Shown: piece after piece, positions 39,254-51,945 of the stretch
Position numbering within the stretch: the first letter of the stretch is position 1
Layout: every line of letters begins with the position of its first letter
From: Lama guanicoe
Taxonomy: Eukaryota
Reading direction: 5' to 3'
DNA length: 64,000 bases
Assembly (NCBI GenBank): GCA_013239625.1
Contig: MU053557.1
Coordinates: forward strand, 751,063-815,062
Notes under the pieces: model-generated
Databases searched by the model: none
The model's input: only the letters and a program-made list of their open reading frames with translations
Told to the model about the DNA's origin: nothing
Made by a program: the position numbers and the translations under genes

Positions 39254-40459
39254 GGCAACATAACCTCATAGACACATCAAGCTCTCTGCTCTTATGTGCA
39301 GAGCAACTCCAGGTGCCTATGGGAAGTTTTCCAAAGCGTCACTGCGGGTCTAGAAATTGGAGGCATAAGTACATCAAAGTACAATGAGCTCAGAAATGGT
39401 AACCCATCCCCTTGGTAGACTCCATATGATCTGGGGAGCCACCAAGAGTGTTTGCTACAGTGCTGTGTGAGTATTTGTTACTTACTTGAACGGATGAATA
39501 GATAAATAACTAAACAAACAAATTTATGTAACCTACAGGAGCAGAGAGACTGTGCAAGAAAATGGCTTCTTGTCACAGGTCGACGTGTTGGCATTTCCCA
39601 TTCAAAGGGAGTATTTGGCAATCAAAACATTTATCCACATGTAATGCCTTCCCCTTGTTTTCAGGTTCTCCAAGGGGACAGTGAATTAGAAAAGTAAAAG
39701 TGTTCCATAGACATCATAAAAACAAGCAAACTTTAAAGTATGTCTATGCTGTAGAAATCCTCCAGAAAATTCAACAATTCTTTGGAGAGTTTCATTGCAT
39801 TCTAAGTACCTGACTTGTAAACTGCTGTATCTAACTAGCTGGGGAACTCATCATCCTCTGGAGTATTAGGCTTGCTTGGCAGAAAAACAAGTCAAATCTA
39901 TCTAGAAATGGAAAAGGAACAGACTTTATAGAAGCAAATGTTTTGAGAAGTCAAGGTTAACAAAAATAGGCTAATGGAATATTTTCCATTTTTGTATACT
40001 CCCTCCCTACCCTCTTTTCATGCCTAGGCAAGAACTCTAAATGAATTGTCTTCCTTATGGTTAAATTAAAATAAAATCTGCCTATGTGAATGATTGATTT
40101 TTATATCCATGTATTCAAGAATCAGAGAAAGAGAGCTGGTTGGAATATTAGACATAATGTGAACAAATTTCTGAATTTTGGGACATGATTCCTATAATTG
40201 TACATGGTTTCAGATCATCTAAACCCAAGAGATGCTTTAAATCAAATGTGATTAGAGATAAGGTTATGGGATCCTGCCTAGGAGATGCTGGTAGAAATGT
40301 AAGATCAATACTTCCTTTAATTCCACCTTCCTCTTTTATCACTTTTGAGTGATATTTTCTTCTTTTTCTCCCCACTAAGACATTTTAGTAATGCTTTTCT
40401 TGCTGCATGAAGAGTAGAAGTATATCACCATGAGTGAACCTTTTAGATTTAAATGCTAC

Positions 40460-40940
40460 ATCAGTAAGAATGCTTTTGGCTGCAAGTAAGAGAAAATACA
40501 ATGAAAATAGGCTTAAATAATAAGGGGTTTATTACCTCTAAGAGGAAATTGAGAGACAGGGTAGGCACAGGATTGGTTTAGTGATACAATTCAGGATCCA
40601 GATGCTTTCCATATTTCCACTGATCATGTCAGAGATGACTCTGCTCATGGTCCCAGGTTGACTGCCGAGGTTCAAATATTATACCCAGTTATACCACATA
40701 TGATAAAGACTTTTACTTTAGTGAGTCTCCTTTAATATGGAGTAAAACCTTTTCAAGATGCCACTACTCTGCCCTAGCTTACTTTTCTTTGGATCACATT
40801 GGCCAGGATGAGATCGCGTACCATGTCCAAGAAGCAAGGAAGGCTTGGGAATTGCGTATCTGTAACAGCTGTATTTAACCTGTCATGGGAGATGAGCTCT
40901 GCCTACTGGAGGAAAGTGAAGGGATGGTGATGACTATTGG
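40460..40940 (-). mobile_element. Old MaLR (MLT1K/L-like) LTR
   Basis: tcagtaagaatgcttttggctgcaagtaagagaaaa..ggcttaaataataagggg..cacattggccagga. Confidence 0.55.
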
Positions 40941-43900
40941 ACATACATCCCTGGGTAGAGATACCTGGTTATTATGATGGTGGTATGAGATCAGGTTGTT
41001 AAGTGCTTGGTATGGTGCCTACAAGGGCACCAGTCTTAAGATGCCTTCTGGGACATAATTCCTTGAAAGTTTGCTTTCTACTGTGTTAGCATTTTTAATG
41101 CCCAGCTGCAACACCAGTCTATTATCCAAACAAGTGTACAAATTTTTATTTAATGAGTCAAAGCAGACACAGGGCAATTGTTTTGTATGATACTGAAAAA
41201 TATCTAAAAATTCTTCTTCATTCAGCTTCACTTCTCTAATATTATCTCATTGTCACAAATGCTCTCCACTGTGCTTGGGTCTCCTCCAACTCTGGCTCAT
41301 TTCTTAAATCCTTTTCTCTGACCGTCTTCTTTATTATGTAGATCAGTTTAATCTCTTTAGTCTTCTTTTGATTCTCCTTTTCCCCCAATATTCTGATCAG
41401 CACAATGAAGTCTCAGGAATTGAACAAGCTAAAGCAGAATTCTCTTAAGAAGCAAGACATAAAAGAGAATGTTATGAATACATAAAATGGAGTGATGCAT
41501 TTTTCTTCTCTCTGTCACTGAGCTGTTTGATGTTGCCCAGAGGTCCTACACAATGAACCACTGACACTTTGGCAGAAACCTTCAATGTTTTTCAGTGCCT
41601 TCCTCAAAGAGGACCAATAATGGAAGCAAGACCACTTTGCCATTCAAGAGGATCCACCCCTGCTTTGCTGACAGCCTTATTCTATTAGAGTAATGCCTTA
41701 TGACCCAGATGAAAATAGTCTGACAAAACTTCAGGGAAGGATGGGATCCCACTGATCTTAAATGAACTTTCCATTTTCTGTCTTTCTCACAGTGGTTTTA
41801 ATTTCCTCTGCCCATGGGTGATGAGTGACCATGTGGACCTAAATTGATCTTTGCTTTCAAAATGTTCTGCTCTGCTTTAATGTTGCTCGTATAAACGGGC
41901 ATTCCATTTGGATTTTGTTTTTCTTTTGCCACTTGTCTAACTGTACCAGGTGCCCTCTAGGTTTGAAAGGAGAGTTAGTTACATCCACCATTAGTTTTAT
42001 CACTTCATTTTTTGTGTATCGTCTGAGAGAAAGTGCTCAGACAGACACTTAACTGCAGACACAAGTCAGTTAGTGTCCTTTGGGGACAATATTGCTGATT
42101 ATGCCTTGGAGGAACTCGTCTAGTCGGTGAAACTAGAAGCTGGATAGAAAATCCAGGTCCCTTTATGTCAGGTATGTTCTATTACCTCTCTCTCTCTCTC
42201 TGTCTCTCTCTCTCTCTCTTTCTCTCTTTTTAATGTGAAGACTCCTTCAGTCAGATCTTTTACTTCACTAGGACAGTTAGATTTTAAACAGAGAAGTGTA
42301 CCTGGGTAAGTCTCCTTGGGGCCTTTCCTTCTTCCTTTGGAAGCCAAGGCTCTGTCCTTTGGAGCTAGATGTTGGTGAATTGGAAAGAACTGGCATGTGA
42401 GGGTGAGACAAGTGACTTTTCTTTGCTTCCTGTATAACAGGTAGGAAAATCCCTTTCAGGCTGTGGTGGAGAGATCTGGGCCCATTTCTCTTGATTTCAT
42501 TTATGAGACCAAGGACACCAGAGTATATGAGACAGAAGACACAAGAGGTGTGGAGATGAAGGAATACCGGGCAAACAGGAGAGCTTTCATATTTTTCTTC
42601 ATCCGAGACTGTGCCTGCCTGAAAATACTATTTTATGGGAGGAATTGGGGCAGTTCTCCCTACATATTGGAATAAAAAAGGTTGACTTTATTTTATATTG
42701 AATTCAGGGAAAGATGATAAAAGTAATGGCAAAGATTTGGTATGCTAGGCATTTCACATAAATTATATTCTTCAATCCTCATAGATGCCTCTGATGTTGA
42801 AGTTACTACTACACTTTTATTCTCATTTTATTGATTAGGTAAAAGTTTCAGAGAGGCTAGTCACTTGTGTAAAGTCACGTAGCTAGTACTAACCACTATA
42901 TTATGTGGCCTCCCTGACCTACTGTTAGGATATATCAACATTTTTATAGAGAGTGACATTGGAAAACTTGTAATCAAATATGAATGTCCTCATTTCAGAA
43001 AATTCCTTTTCTAAAACCAAAGCATTCATGTATTAGTGGGTTATCTAATTCACCATTTTTTTTCAACCTTAAATACTGAGAAGTGATAAACTTTTGTTTT
43101 TTATAGCTGTGTCCCTTGGCCTACTATTTTGGATAGTGTGCATATGCTGGGATTAGAAAAACAGAAAGAGACAGAGGGTTTGCAGAAACAAAATTACATG
43201 GAAAGGAGAGATATTTACAACTAAGCATAATACAAAAATTAGAATCTGACTTTTCACAACAACAAAAAATACAATGAATAGTATCTGTCTCACAAGAAAA
43301 ATAAGAAACCTATAATGCTGTTATTGTCAGCACAAAATTAAGTTGTATTGTATGTGGATAAAGGGATTGCAGCCCAGAAAAACTGGTTGGTAATCATTCA
43401 TGGCTGACTAGTCTAGAAATCAATATAGATTGTTCCATGAGCAATGTAACTGCAGCGTTCTAAACCGGGCAAGCCTAGTGGATGTGGTTGACTCTAGTGG
43501 AACTCCATTGGGACCACACTCAGATATGACCTGGGCATGTGCTTGCCAGAACAGTTTTTCAGCCGCTCATATGGGAGAGCACTGAATCAAAGAAGACATG
43601 GACTGATTTGGAAGGTGCAGGGAAGTAAGTGTCTTAGGCTCCTGATATCACCATGTAGTCCTTTGCCAGATAGATCTGGATATTTTATGTCTGCATCACA
43701 AAACATCTCTGCCTCACTGTCACCCTTCAAATCCTTACTATGCATCTCTTTTCCCAAATCCTGGTAACCTTTCCTGAGTACTGTCACTGCTATTGAACAC
43801 TCACTTTTTACAACTTACCACTTGTACTGTTTAATAGGGCACAATAGCTTTTGTACTGTTTCACTCATATAATGTAGAAGGAAGCATCTTGTAATCTACA

Positions 43901-43959
43901 AGGTATCTGCAATGTAATGTTTTATATATATGTAATATGTATGTAATAATTGGCATTCT

Positions 43960-44540
43960 ACATTCAATCATGCAACAAATACTTATTGATCTTTTAAGCT
44001 ATGGCAGATATCATGGTAATTTTAGGGGGTATGAGATGAAGGAGATATTTCTCACTAGAGAGGACCCAACGCTCTGGTAATGGGTACAGCTGTAAGTAAT
44101 AAGCTTATAAGTAATTTGCCGTGTGGTTGAGTGAAGCAGGATAATTCTCCCAAAGGATTTCGTACTCTTAGATACTCCATCTTAAACACTAAGCAGAAGT
44201 TTGCTAGGAAAGAGAAGAAAGATATGCCGTGTGGAATACCCAGCAGATACAAAGTAAAGACAAACCATGGTCAGGAAGTGGTGGGGAGTTGGACTAGAGT
44301 ACATGGTAAGGAGAGAGGCAAGATGACCAGGGCAGGTAGAATCACTTAGATGGTGGAGGACCTTGAAAGCAGTGCTAAAGGAGGTGGACTTTTTTTCTGA
44401 AGGAAGAATTTTAGACAGATAAATGATTCAATCAGAACCCCTTGGAGATTGAACTGAAAGAGAGTAGGACCAGCAGTAAAACCAATGGTGGGCTGTCTAA
44501 GTAGGTAAGAAGAGAGATGATACATTCTTAAACCAGACAA
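43960..44540 (-). mobile_element. LINE-2 3' fragment
   Basis: cattcaatcatgcaacaaatacttattga..gaccttgaaagcagtgctaaaggag.tggactt. Confidence 0.6.
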
Positions 44541-44799
44541 GAGTGTGTGCCTTGACTCCTCAGCACAGCTCTGAACACCTTAGCGGGATATTTAGCGTAA
44601 GTTATGTTTTGCTTTTATCTTTTCTTGTTTCTAGAGTAATTCTATATACATAGTAGATGCTTATTAATAGATTGGGAATCCATCTTTACTTAGGAAAATG
44701 TCCTTGCATGATGTAGTCCCGACCAGTGAACAGGATGTCTTTGGTGAAGCTCTGTCATCTTTTATTTCGTTTTTTTTTTTTTTTGGTTTGGTTTGGGTC

Positions 44800-44852
44800 T
44801 TTCCCTTCCTTCCTTCCTTCCTTCCTTCCTTCCTTCCTTCCTTTCTTTCTTC

Positions 44853-44885
<33 letters not shown>

Positions 44886-44947
44886 CTCCCTCCTTCCTTC
44901 CTTCCTTCCTTCCTTTCTTTCTTTCCTTTTCCTTTTTCTCTCTCTCA
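44800..44947. repeat. (CCTT)n/(CTTT)n polypyrimidine microsatellite
   Basis: Read directly; it generates the low-complexity ORFs at 44664-44992. Confidence 0.95.
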
Positions 44948-45189
44948 TTTTTAACAACATTTGAAAATTACCACTTTATGAATCATGAGTAAAAATGTAT
45001 CTTGATGCGTCCCTTGATAGCCAAGTGCCCGGAAGTTTATCCACCAAAAACGCTTATCTTTTGGGATCTTCATCATAGTAGCTTTTGAAATTTCAAATAT
45101 TGTTAGAATTCAGGGAGACAGAAAAAGATCTCCAAATCATTATTTTCTTTTTCATCACATTTCATTTTATTATTGTTGCCTCTAATAAT

Positions 45190-45420
45190 GATGATAGGTT
45201 TCATTTATTGAATACTGCTCTGTAGCTGTCACTCTTCCAAGTACTACTAGGGACATTTTCTCATTTAATTTTTACACACTCACCATGAGGCAGGTTTTAT
45301 TACTATGTCATTTTGAAAATGAGAAAATTGGGGCACAGATAGTTTAAGTAACTTGTCCAAGAGCAAAGAGCTAGAGGCAGAGAGCTTCCAGCCCAGGTTT
45401 TCTGACCCCAAATCACACTC
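45190..45420 (-). mobile_element. MIR SINE
   Basis: catttattgaatac..ctcatttaat..ccatgaggcagg..ttattac..gagaaaattggggcacagatagtttaagtaacttgtccaag. Confidence 0.75.
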
Positions 45421-46074
45421 ATCACAATTAAAACATGAAGAGTTAGGCAGACTTAGCTTAGCATAGTGGTCAAGTGCTGAGGCCCTAATGCTATTGTTGT
45501 GGTGACATGATTTTCAGGGCCTTTGATTAGGCTTCAGGGAGAAGAAAAAAGTAAAAAGAGAAAAAGGAATAAAAGAGAGAAAGAGAAATTAGTTCAAAAC
45601 AAGAATATATGCTGTCACAGTGAGTGCACAGTAAGTATTTTTGAATGAAATGAAGCGTGAAAGGCAGAAACAAGGGAGGATTTCATAGTAGGGAGTAAGA
45701 GACGGCCCTCAGCTGTGGCTTTGGGTTCCATCCTTGGTACAGCAGAACTGTATACTCAGTATAAACGTTTTTGTGGATTGTAGCTTCACTTACTCCCAGG
45801 CTATTTCTGGACCTGTTAGCAGATTCATGAATCTTCACCCTGTTTTTTTTTCTTTCTGGTTAGAATCAGTCCAAATGATTCTAGCTTTTGGAATACTGAT
45901 TATCATACATTAAATACAGTATCAAGGGAAGAATAATTTAACTGTAAAATGGCCTGTTTTTCTGATTCTAGGTCTGAGATTCTCAAATTCAGTAAAAGCA
46001 ATTGCTCTGGTGCATAAAATACTTCTCAAATAACGGGGAATTTTGTCACAGGTGTATGTGAAGGGTAGAATGTT

Positions 46075-46480
46075 TTTCATAATTTGATACCGACCGAAAG
46101 ATTAAAAAACCCACTCACCTCGTCTTTCTTTATTGTTCTGTCTCTTTTAATTTGGATCCCTTTGGGTTGACGATAACCAGTGGGAAAGAGCTGTAAGTCT
46201 GTACAGTGAGCAGCGGGATATTGTGGAATAATGAAGTCATTTCTGCATATGCAGAGGGGAAATCTAATTACTCCATCGATCATTCGCCCGGTCTCTCCTC
46301 TCTCCTGTTTTTTTTTCAGTGTTCGGTTATGTAATTGGCATCATTAGAGCATCAGTCCCCCCTTTCACAAGATGTGTGGCTGCTGGCCATTAGCAATCTC
46401 GATGGACATGTCAAGAAGAGCAGACCTAAGAACACAGGCAAACTTCCCCTCCGCAGCAGGGTGACTGGCTTTCTCTAGTC
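46075..46480. other. Unique CpG-retaining segment, candidate conserved non-coding element
   Basis: About 11 CpGs in about 400 bp, several TAAT/ATTA motifs, no repeat similarity that I recognise. Confidence 0.4.
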
Positions 46481-46902
46481 AACCCATTCTTTTTTTTCTG
46501 CAACTGTCATTGAAATTGTATTTCAGATGCAAGCCTTCTGAGCTTCAACAGACTGTTAGTTACCTCAGCCTTGGAAGTGATTCTTCCTCTAGAGTGGTAG
46601 TAAAGCATCGCTTTACAGGTCCATGGGGCGTGTATGTTAAATCCATTGTAATTTTTTTAAAAACTCTCACGCTTTGAGGATTCTCTAGGGCTGCCAGGTG
46701 GGGAGGGGTTATTCATAGGTGGAAGTAGAAGGCTGGGCCTTTGTGTGGCAGGGGTAATGGGAGTGGACCAAAATGACAGTATTTCTTGTCAAAAATAAGT
46801 TTCAGATGTGATTGAGCTTTTTGTGTTCATATTTCAGAGTGATCTGCACCTGTCTGTTTGTCATAAAAAATATCAGTTGAAATACCTAAAACTTCATTTC
46901 TT

Positions 46903-47197
46903 TTTTTTTTAACTTTTTTTTAATTGAGTTATAGTCATTTTACAATGCTGTGTCGAATTCCGTGTGGAGCACAATTTTTCAGTTATACATGAACATACAT
47001 ATATTCATTGTCACATTTTTTTTAACTGTGAGCTACCACAAGATCTTGTCTATAGTCCCCTGTGCTATACAGCATAATCTTGTTTATCTATTCTGCATAT
47101 GCCTGTCAGTGTCTACAAATTTTGAAGTCCCAGTCTGTCCCTTCCCACCCCACCCTCCTGGGCAACCACAAGTTTGTATTCTATGTCTGTGAGTCTG
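46903..47197 (-). mobile_element. L1 3'-end insertion (camelid type) with TSD
   Basis: Poly(T) then aattgagttatagtcattttacaatgctgtgtc..ctgggcaaccacaagtttgtattctatgtctgtgagtctg; TSD taaaac(tg)ttcatttctt at 46887-46902 and 47198-47215. Confidence 0.9.
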
Positions 47198-48776
47198 TAA
47201 AACTGTTCATTTCTTAATCCTTCCCCCCAGCCAAAAAACATGCTGATGGAAGGACTAGGCTGGAGTGATTAAAAAAAAAAAAAAAAGCTCCAGATTAGGG
47301 TTCCGCTTTTTTCACTAAATAGCCCAGTGACACCCGGAGGCCTTTTCTCCATTCCTGATCCTTCTTCTGTTTTATATGACTTGGTTGGATTTGGGAGCTT
47401 AAACTCAAATGCCATTTCAGGCCATGAGACCAAAGGTAAAAATAAGGTCTGTGGCACCAGAGAGTGCATGTCCACTTGGCCTAAAGGAATTGCAGCCTTA
47501 GACACGTTTGAAAAAAACCCTCTCATAGAAAACACATCTCTGGGCACTATTTGGCCAAGAGTTGTCAGTTTACCACTCCTAGTCTAACCCACCCCCCTCC
47601 TTTTTTTCAGTCTAAATTTTCTGTTTACACAGAAGATAAATAAAAGAGCAAATGAAAGACCTAAATGAAGTGCCTGACAGTTTTAAAAAAAGGAACAAAA
47701 CAAATTATCTGAGGGAAAAACCTGACTTAGTTTAGATAAGAAAAAAAGAGCCAGGGTGTCCTAGTTAAGTACAAGTTGAATGTGAATAAGCAGCGTGAGT
47801 ATTACTGTCGTGAGGAAGGAAAGGCCACGTAACCCTGAAACAGCATGAAGCACCGGCCATGCGGCATCAGGAAGTCCTTCTTCCACTGTCCTCAGCTTTG
47901 GGCTGACCCCTCACTAGAGGGGAGTCCAGATGTAGTCAGGGACCTTCAAAAGGGAAATGAAAAAGCCAGGGAGCACCTATAGCTTCAAAGAATGGGCTTT
48001 GTTTCTTTTGAGGAAAGGCTGAAGAATGTGAGTCGATCAGTCCAGAGAAGAGAAGGGGAGAGTTTGGGTTAATTATTACAATGTATTTTTGTGCTGAGAA
48101 TGTAAAGCAATTTCTCTATCTGTGAGCAAAGACATTAGCTGGTATAAGCTTAAGTGAAAGCAATGGAGGTGTGACTGACTCTTTGGAAGGATAATATCTT
48201 GCGTAGTATGGTAGCAAAATGCTAGAAGGATCTACTAAGAGATGTTTTGATGTCTTCATCCCACGGGTTCCTCAGGTAGTGATAAGGCGAGTGATTAATC
48301 TGAGTGTCCTGAAGGTAAGGAGCATCGGTTCAGCCCTCCGTCCTGGATCGTCTTGTATGACATCACCATCACTCCCCCCTACCACCCAACTTCTTGTTAG
48401 ATCTCCTTTAACCATAATGATTTTATCTCGTATAAAGAGAGCCAAAGGCCCTCTTGAGATATTGGAACAGAACCTCAAAACCATTGTATATCAGAATCTT
48501 TTTGTTTTCCCTCTGAGCTCTGCTTCTGTGGGCTACCAGAACTCTTTTTAAATTCCTGGTCACCTACTCTGTCTGGTTGACTCAGCATGTGGGAAACTCT
48601 GCATTTAGAGCTCCTAAGAGCAAGAGATCAAACTGACAGTCTCTTAACCCCAATCCCAGATTCCTAGGAGGCAGATTCTATTACGTCTGTTTTGGGGAAA
48701 GTGTTTACCGAGTTTCAGTAAACACCTTGAGGTAGGGTGAGGGTTATTCGGTAGGAGGATCTACCAGCAGAGATGA

Positions 48777-49187
48777 TGTTATAGGATGAATGGTTTCCCC
48801 CTCAAAATCCACATGTTGAAACCCTATCCCCAATACCTCAGAATGTGACTTGACTTGGAGATAGTGCCTTTAAAGAAGTAATTAAGGTAAAATGAGTTGG
48901 GGGGGGTGTGCCTTAATTTGATCCAACTGGTGTCCATAAAAGAAAAGGAGAATTTTTCATACAGAGAGAAGCCAGGCACACATGAGCATCAAGGGAAAAC
49001 TGTGTGAGGACATAGTGAGAAAGTGACCATCTGCAAGATGAGGAAAGAGGTGCTGGAGAAACCAAACCAACTGACACCTTCATCTTGGATTTCTAGCCTC
49101 CAGAACTGTGAGACAATAAGTTTCTGTTGGTTAAGCCAACCAGTCTTTGGTGGTATTTTGTTATGGAAGGCCTAATAAACTAATATA
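48777..49187 (+). mobile_element. MaLR LTR (MLT1B-like)
   Basis: tgttataggatgaat..ccccaatacctcagaatgtgact..gacaccttcatcttggatttctagcctccagaactgtgagacaataa..aaactaatata; flanks gatga/gatgg (4/5 TSD match). Confidence 0.85.
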
Positions 49188-50629
49188 GATGGTCAGTGTA
49201 GAAATAGAAAGTTGGAGAAAGAGAGTTTATTGTGAGCTAAGCAGTCACCCCAAGAAATATGCTATCATCACTATAATCATTAGCATTACCTGTGTTAATT
49301 GTAGGTAATGATTATACAGAGATTTATGTAACTGTAAACCACCTCCCCTCCTTGCTAGGGGTTTATAACTGAATCTAAGTATTGCCCTTTTCTAAGGCTG
49401 GAGCAGAGCATGCAGCAGCTCAGCCTCACTTCTAAGTCATTCTGAATATTCCCTCTTGTGTACTTGGTTGGGGCAGAAATTTTAGGGCAGGGGGAAGTCA
49501 TAGCAGTTTGTGTTTTTGCAACCTTGGCTGCTGTGTTAGGGGATCCTACCAGAACCATCCTGACTGCCCTCACCCAGTGGCCCAGCCATGGTAGGCCTTA
49601 ACCTCCCCTCTCTGCCCCACCATTAATTACCACTAGTGCAGCTATGTTCAGCGTGGAGTAAGTTCACAGCCCACTTCATGGCAGTGATTGCTACTGGGAA
49701 TGACTTTACTGTGTAGTGGCCTTTACAAACTCCTTAGCAGATGAAAACCTGTAAAACTAAGTGACTTTCCCTTGGCCTGAATTGCTCATATTACACCCTC
49801 AATTCTCTGCTTGACTTGAGCTGCGGGGAACCTGCCTTGGGATTGCCTGATGGACAGGGACAACTGTTCACATTAATAAAGCTTACCTGCAACTCCTCTT
49901 TCCCTCAGGATCTCACCTATTTGCTAGCAAACCTTTCTAAAGGCCCCCAAATAGCGTTGGATACTCCAGCTGTTATTTATGGAGGTCAGAGTTCCTCCCT
50001 TCTGGGAATTTCCTTGCTGTGTTGTAGGCAAACCTTTTCAATTATATAGTTATTCTTAACACGTACCAGAGCCAAAGACTTTGCTGTCCCCTCTGATCTC
50101 ATCCAGGCAGAAAATTCCTTTACCCTGAAATGGTTGATGGCTTTCTACTGCTTACAGAATAAAGCCCCGTTCCTTAGTTTGGTATCCAGAGGTTTCTAAT
50201 TAGACAAAAGCCCACCTTTCTGGCCTTATCCATAAGGACACTTCAGCCTCACAAGTCTACTTGCTGTTGCTCTATCATTACTTCTCATGTTTTGCTTGTG
50301 CTATTTTCTTTGTCTAAGGTGCCTTTTTCTTTCATCACCGTCTCTTTAAATTCTATCCATCTTTGAAATCCTAGATCAAATATGATCTTCTCCATAGAAA
50401 CCTGCTCAGTCTCCCAAATTGGTATGAAACCCTTCTCCTTGAATTACCATCACACAGTCTTTGTAACTTCATTAGGACCTGGCCTTGCTCACAGCTGCAT
50501 GATTATAGTTGTAAGTGTTTACGTCAGCGTTTTCCACTAAGCTCCTGAAGGACTAGGACTGCCTCTCGTCTTCCTGTGGATCTTGCCCATCCTTTGGATA
50601 GATCCCAGTATCCCTCCAGGACTTTTAAA

Positions 50630-50830
50630 ATAAGTTGTCATTTATTGACCTCTTACCATGTGCCAAACTATGTGCTGAGTGCTCAGGGTACATTATTTCA
50701 TCGAATGGGCCACATTTTTAAAAGGAAGCCTTAAAGTCTTAGAGAGGTTGAGTAAGTTTCCCAAGATTCCACTGTTTGCAAATGGTGGAAGCAGAACTGG
50801 AACCCGTCTGTCTCCAACTTCTCAACACTA
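50630..50830 (-). mobile_element. MIR SINE
   Basis: catttattgacctcttaccatgtgccaaactatgtgctgagtgct..cttagagaggttgagtaagtttcccaag. Confidence 0.7.
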
Positions 50831-51409
50831 GGGTATAATGCTGCCTTTCAGCACTCCATCTATGCATGCTGAATTGATTTGGATGAAATAGGTTTTTCAT
50901 TTTAAGAACTTACTTATGCTAAGATGAGCTCATGGAACAGCCCTCAGTCATGATTGTTGTTGCTGCCACTGCCTTGGCCACTACCAACTTCTTTCCATAA
51001 TCCCCAACCCAGGAGGTTGCCTAATAGAGCTTCTGGGAGATGAAGAGCCCCTGAGGGTCGTTAAGGATCAAGGTGCATTGCTGATCTTGGCCCAGCCATG
51101 CAGTAGCTGAACAAAGGCGATGTGTTGGAGGCGTTTGCCATGCTATTGAAAGAACAGTCGAATGTTAACCAGCACATTAATCATGCTGACAGATGGTCCG
51201 CCTGGCTCAGGCTCTTAAACAGACTCTTCCTATCTTGCAAGCTCACTGCTGTGTACCTGTGTGCCTGAAGGGGATAATGCAAGATACAGGTTTGGATGGG
51301 GAAGCAAAGCAGCATTAGTAATAGCTGGAAGGAGAGGTTAGGCTCTCTAAAAGGTTAATTGTCTTTATTCTGCTTGCCCAGGACACTGACCTTTTTCTTT
51401 CTATCATAG

Positions 51410-51529
51410 CAACCCACCCCCATGTCAGTGCATTTAAAATAGATGCTCACATTCTGGTCCCACATCCAAGATGGTTCCCAGTGACAGCTTCACACATAGC
51501 CCTGAAAATGGCTACCGCCAACCAGTCAG
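51410..51529 (+). other. Candidate 120-bp internal exon (product unknown, possibly non-coding)
   Basis: Branch point cactgac 51384-51390, pyrimidine tract, TAG acceptor ending at 51409, perfect donor CAG|GTAAGT at 51529/51530. Confidence 0.35.
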
Positions 51530-51844
51530 GTAAGTGTATATGCTGAAGAAATTTGCTACCCCTTGGCTTTATTTCTGTTGGTTCAGTGGGCAGATTCTAA
51601 TTTGAACAAGCAAAATTTAGCCTGCCTGAGGCTGGTGGGCAGGTGTTGCTTTTTATGACTGGGCTTCTTCAGTTGCTTGTGAGTCCAGATATTCCAGGCT
51701 GACATCACCTCTACAGGAAACCAAACTCCATCTGGTGGGAGTCTGGGGTCTTGGCAGATCCCACCTTGCATTGGTCTCACTGACAATGCCTTGACCTGCT
51801 GGTTGTGGAGATACATATGTTTATATTGGTAATAATATCTGTAT

Positions 51845-51945
51845 ACATTTATCTAGCTATCTTTCTATCTAGCTATCTTTCTGTCTGTCTGTCTATCCAT
51901 CCATCCATCCATCCATCCATCCATCTATCTACCTACCTATCTGCC
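51845..51945. repeat. Compound (TCTA)/(TCTG)/(TCCA)n microsatellite
   Basis: Read directly from the sequence. Confidence 0.9.

Noticed and set aside
44664..44992. K/E/R-rich and F/L/S-rich ORFs
   Set aside because: They are translations of the CCTT/CTTT microsatellite.
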